From: Chiloscyllium plagiosum
Lineage: Eukaryota
Length of the DNA stretch: 61,836 nucleotides
Direction of reading: 5' to 3'
Assembly (NCBI RefSeq): GCF_004010195.1
Contig: NC_057711.1
Coordinates: 78,165,371 to 78,227,206 of the forward strand
Below the pieces are notes generated by a model, which saw nothing but the letters and a program-made list of their open reading frames with translations, did not search any database and was not told the origin of the DNA. Shown here in pieces: positions 13,001 to 26,718 of the stretch (position 1 is the stretch's first letter; every line of letters begins with the position of its first letter). A program made the translations under genes and the position numbers.

Positions 13001-13358
13001 CAAATAGGAACAGAAGTAGGCCATTCAATTAGATTATAACTGATCTGTGGCCTATTTCCTGATGAATTGCCTTTGGCCCATATCCCTTAATATCTTTACT
13101 GAACAAAAAATTCTCAGATTTAAAATTAACAACTGATCCTTCACCTACTGTCATTTAAGGAAAAGAATTCCAAACATCTACCAGCCTTTCTGCATTGAAG
13201 TGCTTCCTAACACCTCTCCTGAACAAACTAATTCTCAAATGCTTTCAGTTCTAGAATCCCTAACTTGTCTTTTCCAGTTAGTATCTTGAAGACTTGGATC
13301 AGATCACACCTTAACCTTCTAAATTCTGGAGAAAACAGGTCTAATTTATGTAATCTCT

Positions 13359-16280
13359 CAATAGACAATAGGTGCAGGAGTAGGCCATTCAGCCCTTCGA
13401 GCCTGCACCGCCATTCAATATAATCATGGCTGATCATTCCTAATCAGTATCCTGTTCCTGCCTTATCTCCATAACCCTTGATTCCACTATCCTTGAGAGC
13501 TCTATCCAACTCTTTCTTAAATGAATCCAGAGACTGGGCCTCCACTGCCCTCTGGGGCAGAGCATTCCACACAGCCACCACTCTCTGGGTGAATAAGTTT
13601 CTCCTGAGCTCTGTCCTAAATGGTCTACCCCGTATTTTTAAGCTGTGTCCTCTGGTTCGACACTCACCCATCAGNNNNNNNNNNNNNNNNNNNNNNNNNN
13701 NNNNNNNNNNNNNNNNNNNNNNNNNNNNNNNNNNNNNNNNNNNNNNNNNNNNNNNNNNNNNNNNNNNNNNNNNNNNNNNNNNNNNNNNNNNNNNNNNNNN
13801 NNNNNNNNNNNNNNNNNNNNNNNNNNNNNNNNNNNNNNNNNNNNNNNNNNNNNNNNNNNNNNNNNNNNNNNNNNNNNNNNNNNNNNNNNNNNNNNNNNNN
13901 NNNNNNNNNNNNNNNNNNNNNNNNNNNNNNNNNNNNNNNNNNNNNNNNNNNNNNNNNNNNNNNNNNNNNNNNNNNNNNNNNNNNNNNNNNNNNNNNNNNN
14001 NNNNNNNNNNNNNNNNNNNNNNNNNNNNNNNNNNNNNNNNNNNNNNNNNNNNNNNNNNNNNNNNNNNNNNNNNNNNNNNNNNNNNNNNNNNNNNNNNNNN
14101 NNNNNNNNNNNNNNNNNNNNNNNNNNNNNNNNNNNNNNNNNNNNNNNNNNNNNNNNNNNNNNNNNNNNNNNNNNNNNNNNNNNNNNNNNNNNNNNNNNNN
14201 NNNNNNNNNNNNNNNNNNNNNNNNNNNNNNNNNNNNNNNNNNNNNNNNNNNNNNNNNNNNNNNNNNNNNNNNNNNNNNNNNNNNNNNNNNNNNNNNNNNN
14301 NNNNNNNNNNNNNNNNNNNNNNNNNNNNNNNNNNNNNNNNNNNNNNNNNNNNNNNNNNNNNNNNNNNNNNNNNNNNNNNNNNNNNNNNNNNNNNNNNNNN
14401 NNNNNNNNNNNNNNNNNNNNNNNNNNNNNNNNNNNNNNNNNNNNNNNNNNNNNNNNNNNNNNNNNNNNNNNNNNNNNNNNNNNNNNNNNNNNNNNNNNNN
14501 NNNNNNNNNNNNNNNNNNNNNNNNNNNNNNNNNNNNNNNNNNNNNNNNNNNNNNNNNNNNNNNNNNNNNNNNNNNNNNNNNNNNNNNNNNNNNNATTTCA
14601 GGTCCTTCAGCCACTGTTACCTCAGGGAGATTGCTTGTGTCTTCTCCAGTGAACACAGATCTGAAGTACCCTTTTAATTCCTCTGCTATTTCTTTGTTCC
14701 TAGTAATATATTCCCCTGTTTCTGTCTTCAAGGGCCCAATTTTTGTCCTAACCATTTTTTTGCCTTGCACATACCTAAAAAAGCTTTTACTATCCTCCTT
14801 AATATTCTTGGCCAGTTTACCTTCGTACCTCATTTTTCCTCTGCGTATTTCCTTCTTAGTAATCCTCTGTTGCTCTTTAAAAGCTTCCCAGTCCTCAGTT
14901 TTCCCACTTATCTTAGCTATGTTATACTTTTTCTCTTTTAACTTTATATGTTTCTTTACTTCCCTCATCAGCCATGGCCGCCTATGCCTCCTCCTGGGAT
15001 CTTTCTTCCTTTTAGGAATGAACTGATCCTGCAACTTCTGCATTATACACAGAAATATCTGCCATTGTTCCTCCACGGTCATCCCTGCTAAGGTATTGCA
15101 CCACTGAACTTTGGCCAGCTCCTCCCTCAGCTCCATAATTCCCTTTATTCAACAGAAGTACTGTCACTTCCGACTGTATCCTCTCCCTCTCAAATTGCAG
15201 GTTGAAGCTTATTGTATTTTGGTCACTACTTCCCAATGGCTCCTTCACTTAGAGGTCTCTGACCAATTCTGGTTCGTTACACAATACCAGATCCAGAATT
15301 GCCTTCTCCCTGGTCGGCTCCAGCACCAGCTGCTCTAAGAATCCATCTCTGAGGCACTCCACAAAGTCTCTTTCTTGAGGCCCAATACCATCCTGATTCT
15401 CCCAGTCTACCTGCATGTAAAAATCCCCCATAACAACTGTAGTGACATCTTTGCGACAGGCCAATTTCAGCTCCTGATTTAACACATCCCACATCCAGAC
15501 TACTGTTTGGGGGCCTGTAGATGACTCCCAAGAGGGTCTTTTTACCCTTAGTATTTCGAAGCTCTATCCACACTGACTCTACATCCCCTGACTCTAGGTC
15601 CCCCCGCGCAAGGGAGTGAATATCCTCCCTTACCAACAAGGCTACCCCACCCCCTCTGCCCGTCAGTCTGTCCTTACGATAGCACGAGTAGCCTTGAATA
15701 TTCATTTCCCAGGCCCTGTCCACTTGAACTTGAAGCCACGTCTCAGTTATCCCCACAATATCGTATCTGCCAATTTCCAAGAGCCTCAAGCTCATCCATC
15801 TTATGTCTAATGCTTCGTGCATGCATGTATAGTATTTTTAATTTGTTACTGCTCTCACCCTTCCCATCAACCCTTATTTCACTCAACCTTACAGCATGAT
15901 GCCTTTCCGAGTTTTCTGCCTCATTGATACAGTTGTCTTTCTTGACTTCTCTTGTTCTAACTTTCCCTTCAATTTCCTTTTTAAACATCCAGCTTGTCCC
16001 CTCCCCCCCACTACTTAGTTTAAATGTAGTGGTGTTGCAGTAGAACACCTGCCTGCCAGAATGCTGGTCCCTAACCTATTAAGGGGCAAGCCATCTCTCT
16101 TGTAGAATTTATGCTTACCACAAAATATACCCCAGTGATCCAAGAACTTAAATCCTTGCTTCCTGCACCAGTTCCCCAACCACACGTTCAAGTCCATTAT
16201 CTCCCTGTTTCTGGCCACACTAGCCCAAGGAACTGGAAGCAAACTGGAGATAACCACCTTGGACGTCCTGCTTTTCTAAA
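13359..16280 (-). mobile_element. Relatively young CR1 LINE (ORF1 esterase end, ORF2 endonuclease and linker, RT inside the gap, 3' end)
   Basis: ORF1 LPVPWAS..WLGNWCRKQGFKFLDHW..KRDGLPLN. ORF2 LKILYMHARSI, DIVGITETWL, GVIYRPPN, VMGDFY, LDLV and KSFFRYVQGK. 3' end RTRGHSLKI..FTQRVVAVWNALP and tail caatagacaata. Confidence 0.93.
13675..14594. other. Assembly gap (920 N)
   Basis: Run of N. Confidence 1.
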
Positions 16281-17789
16281 GTCTAAAGTCCAGGTATCCT
16301 TTCTGTAAGCCGAAACTGTACTTTCACCAAAGCCAATACTTTCCTAAAGTGCAGTGCCCAGAGCTGCCAACTGAACTCCAAGGCAGGGTCTAACTAAGGT
16401 TTTGTATAACTGCAGCCTAGCTCTGCACCCCTTCTACTCTAGACTTCTAGATACATAGACCAGTTTTTTTTAGCATTGTTGATTATTTTCTGCACATAGA
16501 TGCTTTAAAGGTCTCTGCATCTGAACTCCCAAGTCTCTTTGGGCATCTACTTCATACCATTGGAAAATACCCTGATACATCCTCCTTCAATCAGAAATGA
16601 ATAACCTCATATTTGCTTACATTGAACTTCATCTGCCACAGTTTTGTCCATTGTAAGTTTATCAATACACCTTTATAACTTTATGCTATCATCGACAACA
16701 CCACCTGTCATTAACAATTTGGATAGAAGACTTTCTATGCCATTATGCAAGTCATTAATAAATAAGTAAATAACTGAGGTCTTAATTGAGATCTTTGTGG
16801 GGCACCACTGGTCACATCCTGCCAATGTGAGTACTACTCAATATTCCTACTCTGTTGCTTGCCACTCAAGCAATTTCCCACCATGTCAGTAATTTGCCCT
16901 CAATTCTGTGGGTTTCTACATAAGCGGGACTTTATCAAATAATGAAAGCAGATGCCCAAACTCAAATTGAGACCTTGCTGTGATCAGTTAACTCAGAGCG
17001 AGTGATTCACTGATGTTGTGAACTTTCCTGAAGGACTTGGCGAATAAACGGTTAAACGAGTTGAGCAATCAGGAAATTGTGACTTTTACTGCATCATGCA
17101 TGCTTATCCATACATAGCTATGAATTCACTGTAAGGATGAATTCCAAATTGAACACTTACAAAGATGCTGTAAATTTTAAAGCTATTAACTAATATAAAT
17201 CTGAGGATCCGTTTCAATTCAATTGAAAAGATCCTGAGGTTTCAATTGATTATATTTGAGAAAATCTGTATGTTTTTTTCTTTCAGAACATTTGTGCAGA
17301 AAACTAATCCATTGTTGCACATTATTAATGTAGAGTAGGGGGAGGGAAGAAGTTCGAAACATCTGGTCACAAAAAACAAAATCATCTATTGTTGATAACT
17401 GGTATTGTACAATTTAAGAATGAATACCCTGTACTGGCAAAATTCCTTTATTCTCGAAAGGGTAAAAGCCAACCTGTGTTTTATGTTTAAAGCACCAGTG
17501 CTGCATTAAAATGCACTTTCCCTACATATTAGGAACTAAATGCTTCTGATCTGTATAACTTCAAATCAATAAAGATAGACATAAAACATTCCGCTAATAT
17601 AGAGAATTAACATGAATTTATTCAAAAACAGAAACTAGCTTTCTTGATAAACATTGAAGAATAAAAAACTGTTAAAAATGCACTTGTGTCTTTACAAAGA
17701 GTTTTAACAAGCCACTCAAAATCTCAAATCAATTTATACTCTTCATGCACAGATTATCTCACTCAAGGCAGGATAATATTTGATGAATG

Positions 17790-18980
17790 TGTCGGTGGAA
17801 AGACATTGCATGGGCGTAGGGATTGAGTGTCTTTGGAACTCCTTGCCGGAGAGGTGTGAGATTACATTTCTTGGGTCTGCTTAAGGCTGGGAAAGTTAGT
17901 TCTTGATCAGTACGAGGAACAAGGATCACAGGGAAAGGGCAGGAAAGTGGATACGCGGAGACTTGGATCGGTCACAATCCTACTGAATGGAGGAGTCGTC
18001 TCGAGAAGCCAAATGGCCTACTCCTGTTCTTATTCTTTATGTCTTCTTGGAACTGATGTTTACTCAGAAAAAACTCATAACGTCATTAATGAAGCACAAA
18101 GTTTTGACCCTTAAAACATCTCTCATACAGATGTCACAAAACTGGGAGAGAGTCAGTGGGTGTTGTGGAGTGCATGCAAAGGTACTTCAAGGGGAATTAG
18201 AGAGGCAAAGTGAGTAGGCAATAATGCAGCATTATGGAGTAGCATATGGAGAAATGAGAAGTTATCCACTTATCTACAAAAACAGAAATGCAATTTTTTT
18301 TTTAAAAATGGCAAAAGACTGAACCTTCACTGAAACTTAATACGTAGGTACAGCAAGCAAAGCAGATGGTATTTTAATACAAGTGAATTTGAATTTAGAA
18401 CTGAATTAAACACTCAAAAGTAAAATTTCACACCAATTACATGGGACCTCAGAGACCACATCTGGAGTACTGTGGATAGTTCTGGCCTCTTTATCCAAGG
18501 CAAGATATTGTTGGCATAGAAGCAGAGCATTGGAAGTTAACCAAGCAAATTCCTAGAATGGAGGGCTTGTCCTATGATTAAATAGACTGGGACACTCTCT
18601 CGAGTTTAATAGCAAGATACGATCCCTCTTAAACAAAACATTCTTACAAAGATCAACATATATGGGTGGATGTTGCCCTGACCGGGAGGTCTTGTAATGA
18701 GGATATGTCCTTAGAATAAACTACAGGCCTGACATGAGGACTTTCTTCACTGGGTAGTCAATCTTGGGAATTCTCTGACCCAGAGAGCTGAGGAAATTCA
18801 GTCATTGAGAATTTAACAGCAAAGCCAATAGTTTTCTATATATAAAGTACATTAAGGCAAATGGGGATAGTTCAGGGAAATGGTATTGAAGTGGACAATT
18901 CAGCTATCTCATTGCATGGAAGACAGAACTTGAAGGACCATAAATACCCTACTCCTGCTTCTATTTCTTCTCTTATGTAC
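17790..18980 (+). mobile_element. Two degraded CR1 3' fragments
   Basis: 3' ends ccaaatggcctactcctgttc (~18010) and ccctactcctgcttctattt (~18950); ccacatctggagtactgt (PHLEYC) at ~18457. Confidence 0.7.
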
Positions 18981-19059
18981 GCATTCGCAGTTAAAAGTTC
19001 ACAAAACCAGGTCACAGTTCATTCAGAAGATATTCCAAACAAAATGTTACAAATTCAAC

Positions 19060-19180
19060 ATACTACAGATGCAGGAAATGTGAAAGAAGAGCAGCAATAT
19101 TCTGGAATAAAGATTAGCATGTTTCACAGTACTGTGCAGCTAATGAGAGGAACAGCTAATGTTGTGACCTTTCATTCGAA
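19060..19180 (-). mobile_element. Very degraded Penelope pLTR-like fragment
   Basis: cagatgcaggaaat...gctaatgttgtgacctttcattcgaa resembles the pLTR ends at ~34795 and ~58790. Confidence 0.35.
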
Positions 19181-19539
19181 AAAAATGCTGGGTGAATAGC
19201 AGTGAATGTAGTTGGAAAGTTCATGAAGTTGAGTGTGCGTAAACTAAAGGGTGAAGTCTTTAAACTTGAAAAGATTTCTTCAGAGCTCCCACCACGAGCA
19301 GCTTTCATGGGAGCACAGTATTGATGTACAAGGAGCATTTTCCACATTTGCCACTAAGGTTAAGATAAAGGCAGCAACAAGTGACAAAATGTACCATGGC
19401 TAACTTGCACAGGCAGACAGCTATGACAACTGACACGAAGAAAAATTCAAAGTCACTATAGCAATGGACAGTTATTTAGCTAATTAAATATAGCTAAGCT
19501 CTCTATTGAGCAGTCCAAGGTTACAATACAATGATACGA

Positions 19540-20780
19540 TATGATACTGGAGCAGAATTAGGCCATTCAGCCCATTGAGTCTGCTCTGCCATTTGATCAC
19601 ATTTCTCAACCCCATTGGCCTGCCTTCGCCTAGTAACCCTTGATTTTCTTATCGATCAAGAAACTCTGTTTCGACACATGATAACTTGGTCTCTACAGCC
19701 CTCTGTAGCAATAAATTCCAGATTAACCACCCTCTGGCTGAAGAAATTCCTCATCTCTGTTCTAAAGGGTCAGCCTTTCACTGAGGCAGTATCCTTGGGC
19801 CCTAGTTTCTCCTACTAGTGCAACCACCTTCTCCACGTCCACTCTATCCAGGCCCCTTAGTATTCTGCAAGTTTCCACCAGATTCCCACCTCATTCTTCT
19901 AAACTACATTTAATTCAAATGCAGAGTCCTCAATTGTTCATGAGACAAGCCCTTCATCCCTGGGATCACTTTTGTAAACTTCCTAGCATGCCCAAGTCCT
20001 TCTGTAGGCTCCCCGCTTCATCAACACCTGTCCCTCCACTTATCTTTATGTCTCTGCAAACAACAACAATACCCTCAGTTATTTTGTCCAGGTCATTAAA
20101 TGAGTAGTTGTGGTCTCATTTCTAATAATTTGAAACCTCTCCAACACCATGTTTCAGGTCACACTGATCCTCCTGGCCTTTTTTTTTCTACTTGCTTTGG
20201 TGCATGAAACTGGAAGTAATTGAAAGATTACTAGAGGTATAAAACATTTTATCTTCTCTCCCCTAATTCCTAAAAATCTGCGCACAGGTCTTCAACTGCA
20301 CTTTGCATTATAACTGACATGTACCATAATTTCTGGAAAACTCTTTTTACCTGAAAAGCATTCTGCATCTTCTCAGTAATGTTCTTTACCTCAGTAGGAG
20401 GGAACCACAACACAATGTGGGACTCACAGAAGCAGTTATGAAAATAGCCAACCGTCCTCCTGACAAGTACATTTCTACTCTTTGCTGCTCCTTCCAGTGT
20501 CCTTCCAGTCCTTTCCAAATGGTACCATGGTCAGCACTACTTCGAGGTATCACCAGTCACATCAGTCTCCAAAGTCACGCACAGGCCTGAATGACACACA
20601 CATTTGCAGACTCCCGCATGTTTTGCTTCTTAGTCTTTTAGATGTTTATCTACAATCCACTAACTCTCATTGCCTGTTGGATGACCACCTCCTAGAATGC
20701 TAAAATCTCTAATCTCTTATGGTTCTCCAGTGTCTCCAGCCTCAAGCTCTGAAATCCTGAGCACGATCGCCAGCAAGGCA
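19540..20780 (-). mobile_element. CR1 3' fragment (19540-20110) and degraded CR1 ORF1 region (~20160-20780)
   Basis: Tail gatac repeats followed by ggagcagaattaggccattcagccc. The ORF1-like part aligns loosely with 16200-16260 and 28650-28900. Confidence 0.65.
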
Positions 20781-21299
20781 GAAACTTCACAGTACAGATG
20801 GGCTGGCTAGAAAGTACGTTGCAGAGCACAGCTAGAAGGACAATAGTTTGGGAAGAGGGCAAAAATTTATTAAAAATTCAGAAGGGAGACCAGAAGCAAA
20901 AGTAAAATTTATTTTTTACCAAGTGAAATAGAGCATACACCTCACGTAAGCACTGATTTTCAAACAAGACTTTTCAGGGACCAGAGTCTGAGGGGCAAGT
21001 GGACGTGACAAAAGAAATGTCAAAGAAGCCTTATTTTTTAAAAAAGGAATTGCATGGCGTCACTGATATGACTTATATTTCTTATTTAAATTTCTTTAAA
21101 GATGATGTTAAGAGCACCTTTCCCCGCCCCCCCGACTTTTAGACCACTTGAGGACAAGATCCCTCTTCAGTAAATAATTACTGAAGTCCAACAATACATA
21201 AAAGTGATAGAAATTCAAAGTTAAAACCTCACCTGCCTCAAGGTGGCACCCAAACCAGGAGCATTGGTTCAGAGATTTGGCTCATGGAAATTTATAATG

Positions 21300-21890
21300 T
21301 AAACATTAGGAACCATCAATATTCTAGGGGTAACAATTGACAGAAACATAGCTGGACTAGCTATATAAATACTGCAACTCTAAAACCAAGGGAGAGGATG
21401 GGAATTCTGAGGCAGTTAATTTACCTCCCGACTTCCCAGAGATTACCTATCACTTACAAGACACATGACTAGAATGTGATGAAATACTCTCCACTTACCT
21501 TGAAGATCATGTATCAAAAACACTCAAAAAACTGATCATCTGTGACTAGGCTGCCCACACATCATTCGTGTAATGGTATACCACCTACGAAATGCACTGC
21601 TAGAACTCATCAGGGCTCCTTCAACAGAGCTCTCAAACCCACTACCATTGAAATGTCAAGAGCAGGAGATCAAGACACCACTAATATCTGCAAGTTTTTC
21701 TCCAAGCCTGACTTGGGACTAATTAATTTTTCACTGTTGCTGGGTCAAAATCCTGAAACACCCTCACAACAGTGTAGGTGGATCTACACCAGAAAGATTA
21801 TAGCTGTTAAAGGCTACTCTCCACCAGAACACTCAAAAAGAGGGATTAGGGATGCACAATTAATGCTGTCTATGCTAGCAATTCTTACAT
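21300..21890 (+). mobile_element. Degraded CR1/L2-group LINE 3' fragment
   Basis: gaatgtgatgaaatactctccactt, aaatgcactgctagaactc and gggtcaaaatcctgaaac; same family as 34545-35020. Confidence 0.6.
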
Positions 21891-22899
21891 CCTAAATATA
21901 AAGTAAACGACAAAAGCATAACGGAAACTATGGTTCTACCAATTTTAATAGGATACTGAAATTGCCTGAACATCCTGAGATAATCTCAAATAATTTGTTG
22001 CTTTTCAAATCTTTTCACTGTTATGGAGTTAACGAGAACCACTAACTTGTGTGCAACAAAATCATAAATAAAAATGAGAGCAATGACAATTTGTATGACG
22101 TTGGGGGAAGCAAAATAAAAAAATGTAAACAATTTGAAGACAATGCCCATGAATAATCTGCAATACGTAATAGTGGATTAAGTTTACAATATTGACTGCA
22201 AACATACAGCAAACGTTTAACATTTGTTAGTTAATGTCGCCAATTACTCATTAATAAAGCAAAAAATGTATGTCCTTCGATACAGACTTAAACACACAGA
22301 ATTTGTCAAAATCCTATCTCCAATAGAACTAAAATTTTGATCAGAAGACAATGTTTATTAAATGTGAAAAAAATTGATAACATTAAGGAAACTATAACTG
22401 TACATATTTACTGGTGCGTAATCAGCTCATTTTCATTCGAGTGCTACACATTTCCAAAATGAGGCCAAGCAGCTGATGAATACACTAACACATGGACAAT
22501 TCCCACCATAACCATTTCAAACAGGCTTCATTTGAAAAGAAAATTACTTCAGACGCTGCATTAAAAATCTGAGTGGAAACAATTTTTGAGCTGCGTATTG
22601 CTGAAGAGCAGAACCAATGAAGACACTGAACAAAAATAGGAGAAGTGTTCTGCTGTCCCGTGCACATACTATTCACTGTAAATTCTAGATTACAGTGACT
22701 AAAATCATTCAACTTATAAAACTACAGATAGTTCAGTGCAATTTACTTCTACTGCACTTTGCATTTTATGCAGTGGAAATGTAATTCAAAGTAAACAATT
22801 TGAATTATTCTAAAATACAAAATTTAGTTTGCAACCAGACTGCTGAAAGGATGTTAAGAGTCAGGTTTGATGAATAAAACTAACGCTTGCTCCAACAAA

Positions 22900-23760
22900 G
22901 CTGTTCAAGTTTAGCTACAACGCTGGCACCTGGGTTCCTATCCATAAAGCCGGGTCAATACGTCTTCTTCACAAACAGGACAAATCCAATCTCACCAACT
23001 ACCATTCCATCAATCTACGCTCAATCATCAGCAAAGTGATAGAAAATGTTAATAACAATCCTGTCAAGGCGCACAAACTCAGCAACAAAAATCAGTTTGG
23101 GTTCTGCCAGGGCCATTCAGCTACAAAGTCTTAGTTCACTTCTGGAGTTCAGATCTTTCACCTGTGTTGAGACTGATTGTAACACCAAGGCAATATTTGG
23201 CCAAATGTGGCACCAAGTAGTCTGTGAAAACTTGCATCAATGTAAATTGGGCAAAAGCTCTCTGCTGATTGGAGCCATAGCTAGAACAAAGGAAGATGGT
23301 TGCAGCTGTTGGAGGTCAATCACCTCAGTTCCCAGAACACTACTGCAAGAGTTCCTCAGGATAATGTCCGAGACTTAACTAACTTCAGCCGCTTCATCTA
23401 CAACCTTCCTACCACCTCAAAAATCAGAAGCAGGGTGGTTTCTTGATGACAACTCCAATGATATTCAACACAAATTCCAAGGCAGCTATGTCTAAATGCA
23501 AAAGGACATGGACAACATTCAGGCTTGGGCTAAAAAGTGACTCACATGTCATTAGCCACACAAGTGCCAGTGACCATCATCTCTTGGCAATTAATGGCAT
23601 TACCATTGCTGAATTCCCCATGATCCATATCAATCGGGGCTTACCACTGACAACAGATTGGAAGAGCCACTGCATTTTATATGGTTAGTCCAAAGAACAG
23701 ATTAACAGCTGCAAAGTCTGAAAGAAGTACCTCGCACCTGACTCCAAATCCTACTGACGA
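22900..23760 (+). mobile_element. Degraded LINE RT fragment (CR1/L2 group)
   Basis: Motifs resembling NYHSINLRSIISKVIE, NQFGFCQGHSA, KAIFGQMWH, GVPQ and a DD remnant. Confidence 0.65.
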
Positions 23761-25951
23761 TCGCCAAATGCTAGCTTATCCAATGCCCATGGTCCCATGA
23801 CGGAATAAAAGATATTCACTTCTCAGTGTTACCTTTCTCAAAATGGGAAAATGACATGCAAGTTTGGGTTCTCATTTTTGGCATTTTAATTGATGATATA
23901 TTAAAATTCCTTTTAATGAGTATTATCCTAATTGGCAACAGAAAATGTATGCAATCTGAGCAGAACATATGGACCTTTTCTTTTTGTTAGATGACTGATC
24001 GATAGTACATTGTGAAGAGCATTCAACTAAGTTATACCAATTTTCATTATAAATTCCCAAATTGTGTTTTAAATTAAACATTTCTGTTGGTTAAGCTGAA
24101 AATAATGTAGCTATTTACTTGTATACGGCAGTTGTAATTTGCTCATTTATGAATGTGTAACATACATGAAATCAAACAAGATGAGCAATCATTTTAGGAA
24201 AGTTTTCTGTCGCAGGTGATTGAGTTTAGATGACATTTTTAAGACATTTGATCATAAACAAATAGATTTGCAATTTGAAATAATGCTCAACAAATAGTAA
24301 ATCCAACATATACTTATTTTCTCCCATTTTCATTGTGAGGTTAAAAGTAGAAAAATCTTCCAAAGCAATTCAGAGCTGCAATAGGACACAATGGGTACCA
24401 AGAAAAAAGGAATAGGTGTTAGGATCATAACCAAAATCTTATCAAACAGATAGGTTTTCAGGTGGCTCTTCAAGGATGAAGCGAATATTGGAAAGGCAGA
24501 CATGTCCAGAAATGAAATTTCAGAATGTAAAGCCTAAATGGCTAACAAACAATCAAAATTGATGGGAATGGGATTGGGCGAAATGTGCTCAGGTTGCACA
24601 TAAGTCCAGTTGGATGCATTGTTGCATCATGTTAGCAGCGGAAGGAATAAATGTTAAAAAATTACTTAAGTCCACATGGAACTCAAGAACAGAAGTAGGC
24701 CATTTATCCGCTCAAGCTTGTTTTACTACTGAAATGAGATCCTGGTTAAACTGAGACAGATAAAACAAGGACGCATTTGTTTTTGCAGAGTTGGGAGAAT
24801 GACAGAAAAACTACAAAATGACATTTGCGAATGTGTCTAAGAATAAAAGGCAATCAATAAGTGCAACCTCAACCTTATCTCTCAAGTAGTGACTGAACTA
24901 AACCAGTCATACAGAACTGTTAGCCATGAAGATCTTTTTTAAAAGCAAAAGAATCCCTCTGGTGGCCACATTGGGAAACCTGCCAAGTTCATTTTGAAGT
25001 TGCTAGCAACTATCAGAAATTTACATAGCTTATCCAGTGTCAGTATTATTGGTCTTACTCAATACAAGTGTGAGAGATTGCTATTATTGCATCTTTTACC
25101 TATGGCTGCATTGTGTGAAAGATTACTATAAACATAAAAACAGTGTTATCCATCATTCTGTTAAACTGGTGCCTGTGGTCCAGGTGACATGACCATAGAA
25201 TTGAACATGCTGAGAAATTCTTTTACATTTCTTCATGTTATACATTCCTGCATTTGTACAATAAAGAATTGATCTAAAAGAATAATGTCACAAACGCTGT
25301 TTGTCTCAGACATTTGTTTAGACTGAGCATTGCGGACATGTATCACTTTTTGATCAGATAAATAGTTTTCTTGATTTTGATTTACATTTAGCATGTCAAT
25401 AATTTAGCTTGAAAATAATTGATATTCTGTTTTTAGGCCACACTTTTAATTGGACTCCTGTTTTTCAACAGCAGCACAGTGCTGTTGGATGAATTTAGGG
25501 ATGATACTGTAATGGTGCCAAAGGTGTGTCAGCAAAATACTTACAAGTAAATGAGATAGTTTGAGAATTATACTTTACATTTAAATCATGGATTACTGAT
25601 TTTAAAAATTTAGTGGCTTGACCTCACAATTCAAACATATCAAAATTGTTGCAATAAAGTCCTGGCAAAGGGGATGGGTTCTGAGAGACAGCTGCAATCA
25701 TTAATTTCTAAGCACATGACAAACATGTCAAGCTGCATATGTACAGTACATGTGCAATGTGCACTTTTATGCCAGGCAGGTTTTTGATGCATGGCAAGTA
25801 TTGTTGAATGATTGCTTTCGTGAAGTAAGGCAATGCGAACATAGTAATTTTACTGTAACTGATCATCTGACTCAAAATCCTTGCTCACATGAAAAAACAA
25901 TCCTACAAACGTTAGGGTGTAGGTTTGCTCGCTGAGCTGTAGGTTTGATAT

Positions 25952-25991
25952 CCAGACATTTCATTACCTGGCTAGGTAACATCATCAGTGG
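25952..25991 (-). ncRNA. Minimal hammerhead motif (inverted-arm copy)
   Basis: cca CTGATGA t gttacct agcc aggtaat GAA ATGT C tgg; the helix III palindrome is altered. Confidence 0.65.
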
Positions 25992-26560
25992 CGACCTCCA
26001 AGTGAAGCGAAGCTGTTGTCTCCTGCTTTCTATTTATATCTTTCTCCTGGATGGGGTTCCTGGGGTTTGTGGTGATGTAATTTCCTGTTCGTTTTCTGAG
26101 GGGTTGATAGATGGCATCCAGATCTATGTGTTTGTTTATGGTGTTGTGGTTGGAGTGCCAGACCTCTAGGAATTCTCTGGCATGTCTTTGCTTAGCCTGT
26201 CCCAGGATAGATGTGTTGTCCCAGTCGAAATGGTGGTTTTTTTCTTCCGTGTGTAGGGCTATGAGGGAGAGGGAGTCGTGTCTTTTTGTGGCTATCGCCA
26301 CACGGAAGAAAAAAACCACCACTTTGACTGGGACAACACATCTATCCTGGGACAGGCTAAGCAAAGACATGCCAGAGAATCCCTCGAGGCCTGGCACTCC
26401 AACCACAACGCCATAAACAAACACATAGATCTAGATGCCATCTATCAACCCCTCAGAAAATGAACAGGAAATGACATCACCACAAACCCCAGGAACCCCA
26501 TCCAGGAGAAAGATATAAATAGAAAGCAGGAGACAACAGCTTCGCTTCACTTGGAGGTCG

Positions 26561-26600
26561 CCACTGATGATGTTACGTAGCCAGGTAATGAAACGTCTGG
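26561..26600 (+). ncRNA. Minimal type-I hammerhead ribozyme motif
   Basis: cca CTGATGA t gttac gtagccag gtaat GAA ACGT C tgg: helix I cca/tgg, helix II gttac/gtaat, palindromic helix III ACGT. Confidence 0.75.
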
Positions 26601-26718
26601 ATAACAAACCTACAGCTCAGCGAGCAAACCTACACCCTAAACCTCAACCTGAGCTACAAACCTTCACAAACCGTCTTTTATTTCAAAGATACACTTTGCA
26701 CACATCACAAAAACATAC

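Larger units (their letters stand above)
13005..16940 (-). mobile_element. Older CR1 LINE (13005-13358 and ~16290-16940) split by a younger CR1
   Basis: 3' tail ggaacagaagtaggccattc at 13007, LDLFSPEFRRLRCDLIQVFKIL, and continuing RT sequence after ~16290. Confidence 0.75.
25912..26672 (+). mobile_element. Penelope-like element 3' end in inverted (hairpin) arrangement
   Basis: Arms 25912-26253 and 26299-26640 are reverse complements. They encode HHFDWDNTSILGQAKQRHAREFLEAWHS..INKHIDLDAIY (GIY-YIG domain C-terminus). Unpaired tail 26641-26672. Confidence 0.92.

Noticed and set aside
13478..15136. Long ORFs spanning the N run
   Set aside because: Artefacts of the assembly gap; the real parts are CR1 ORF2.
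19195..19400. Possible hAT transposase C-terminal remnant (SIDVQGAFSTF)
   Set aside because: A single short, weak motif with no TIRs or further homology visible.
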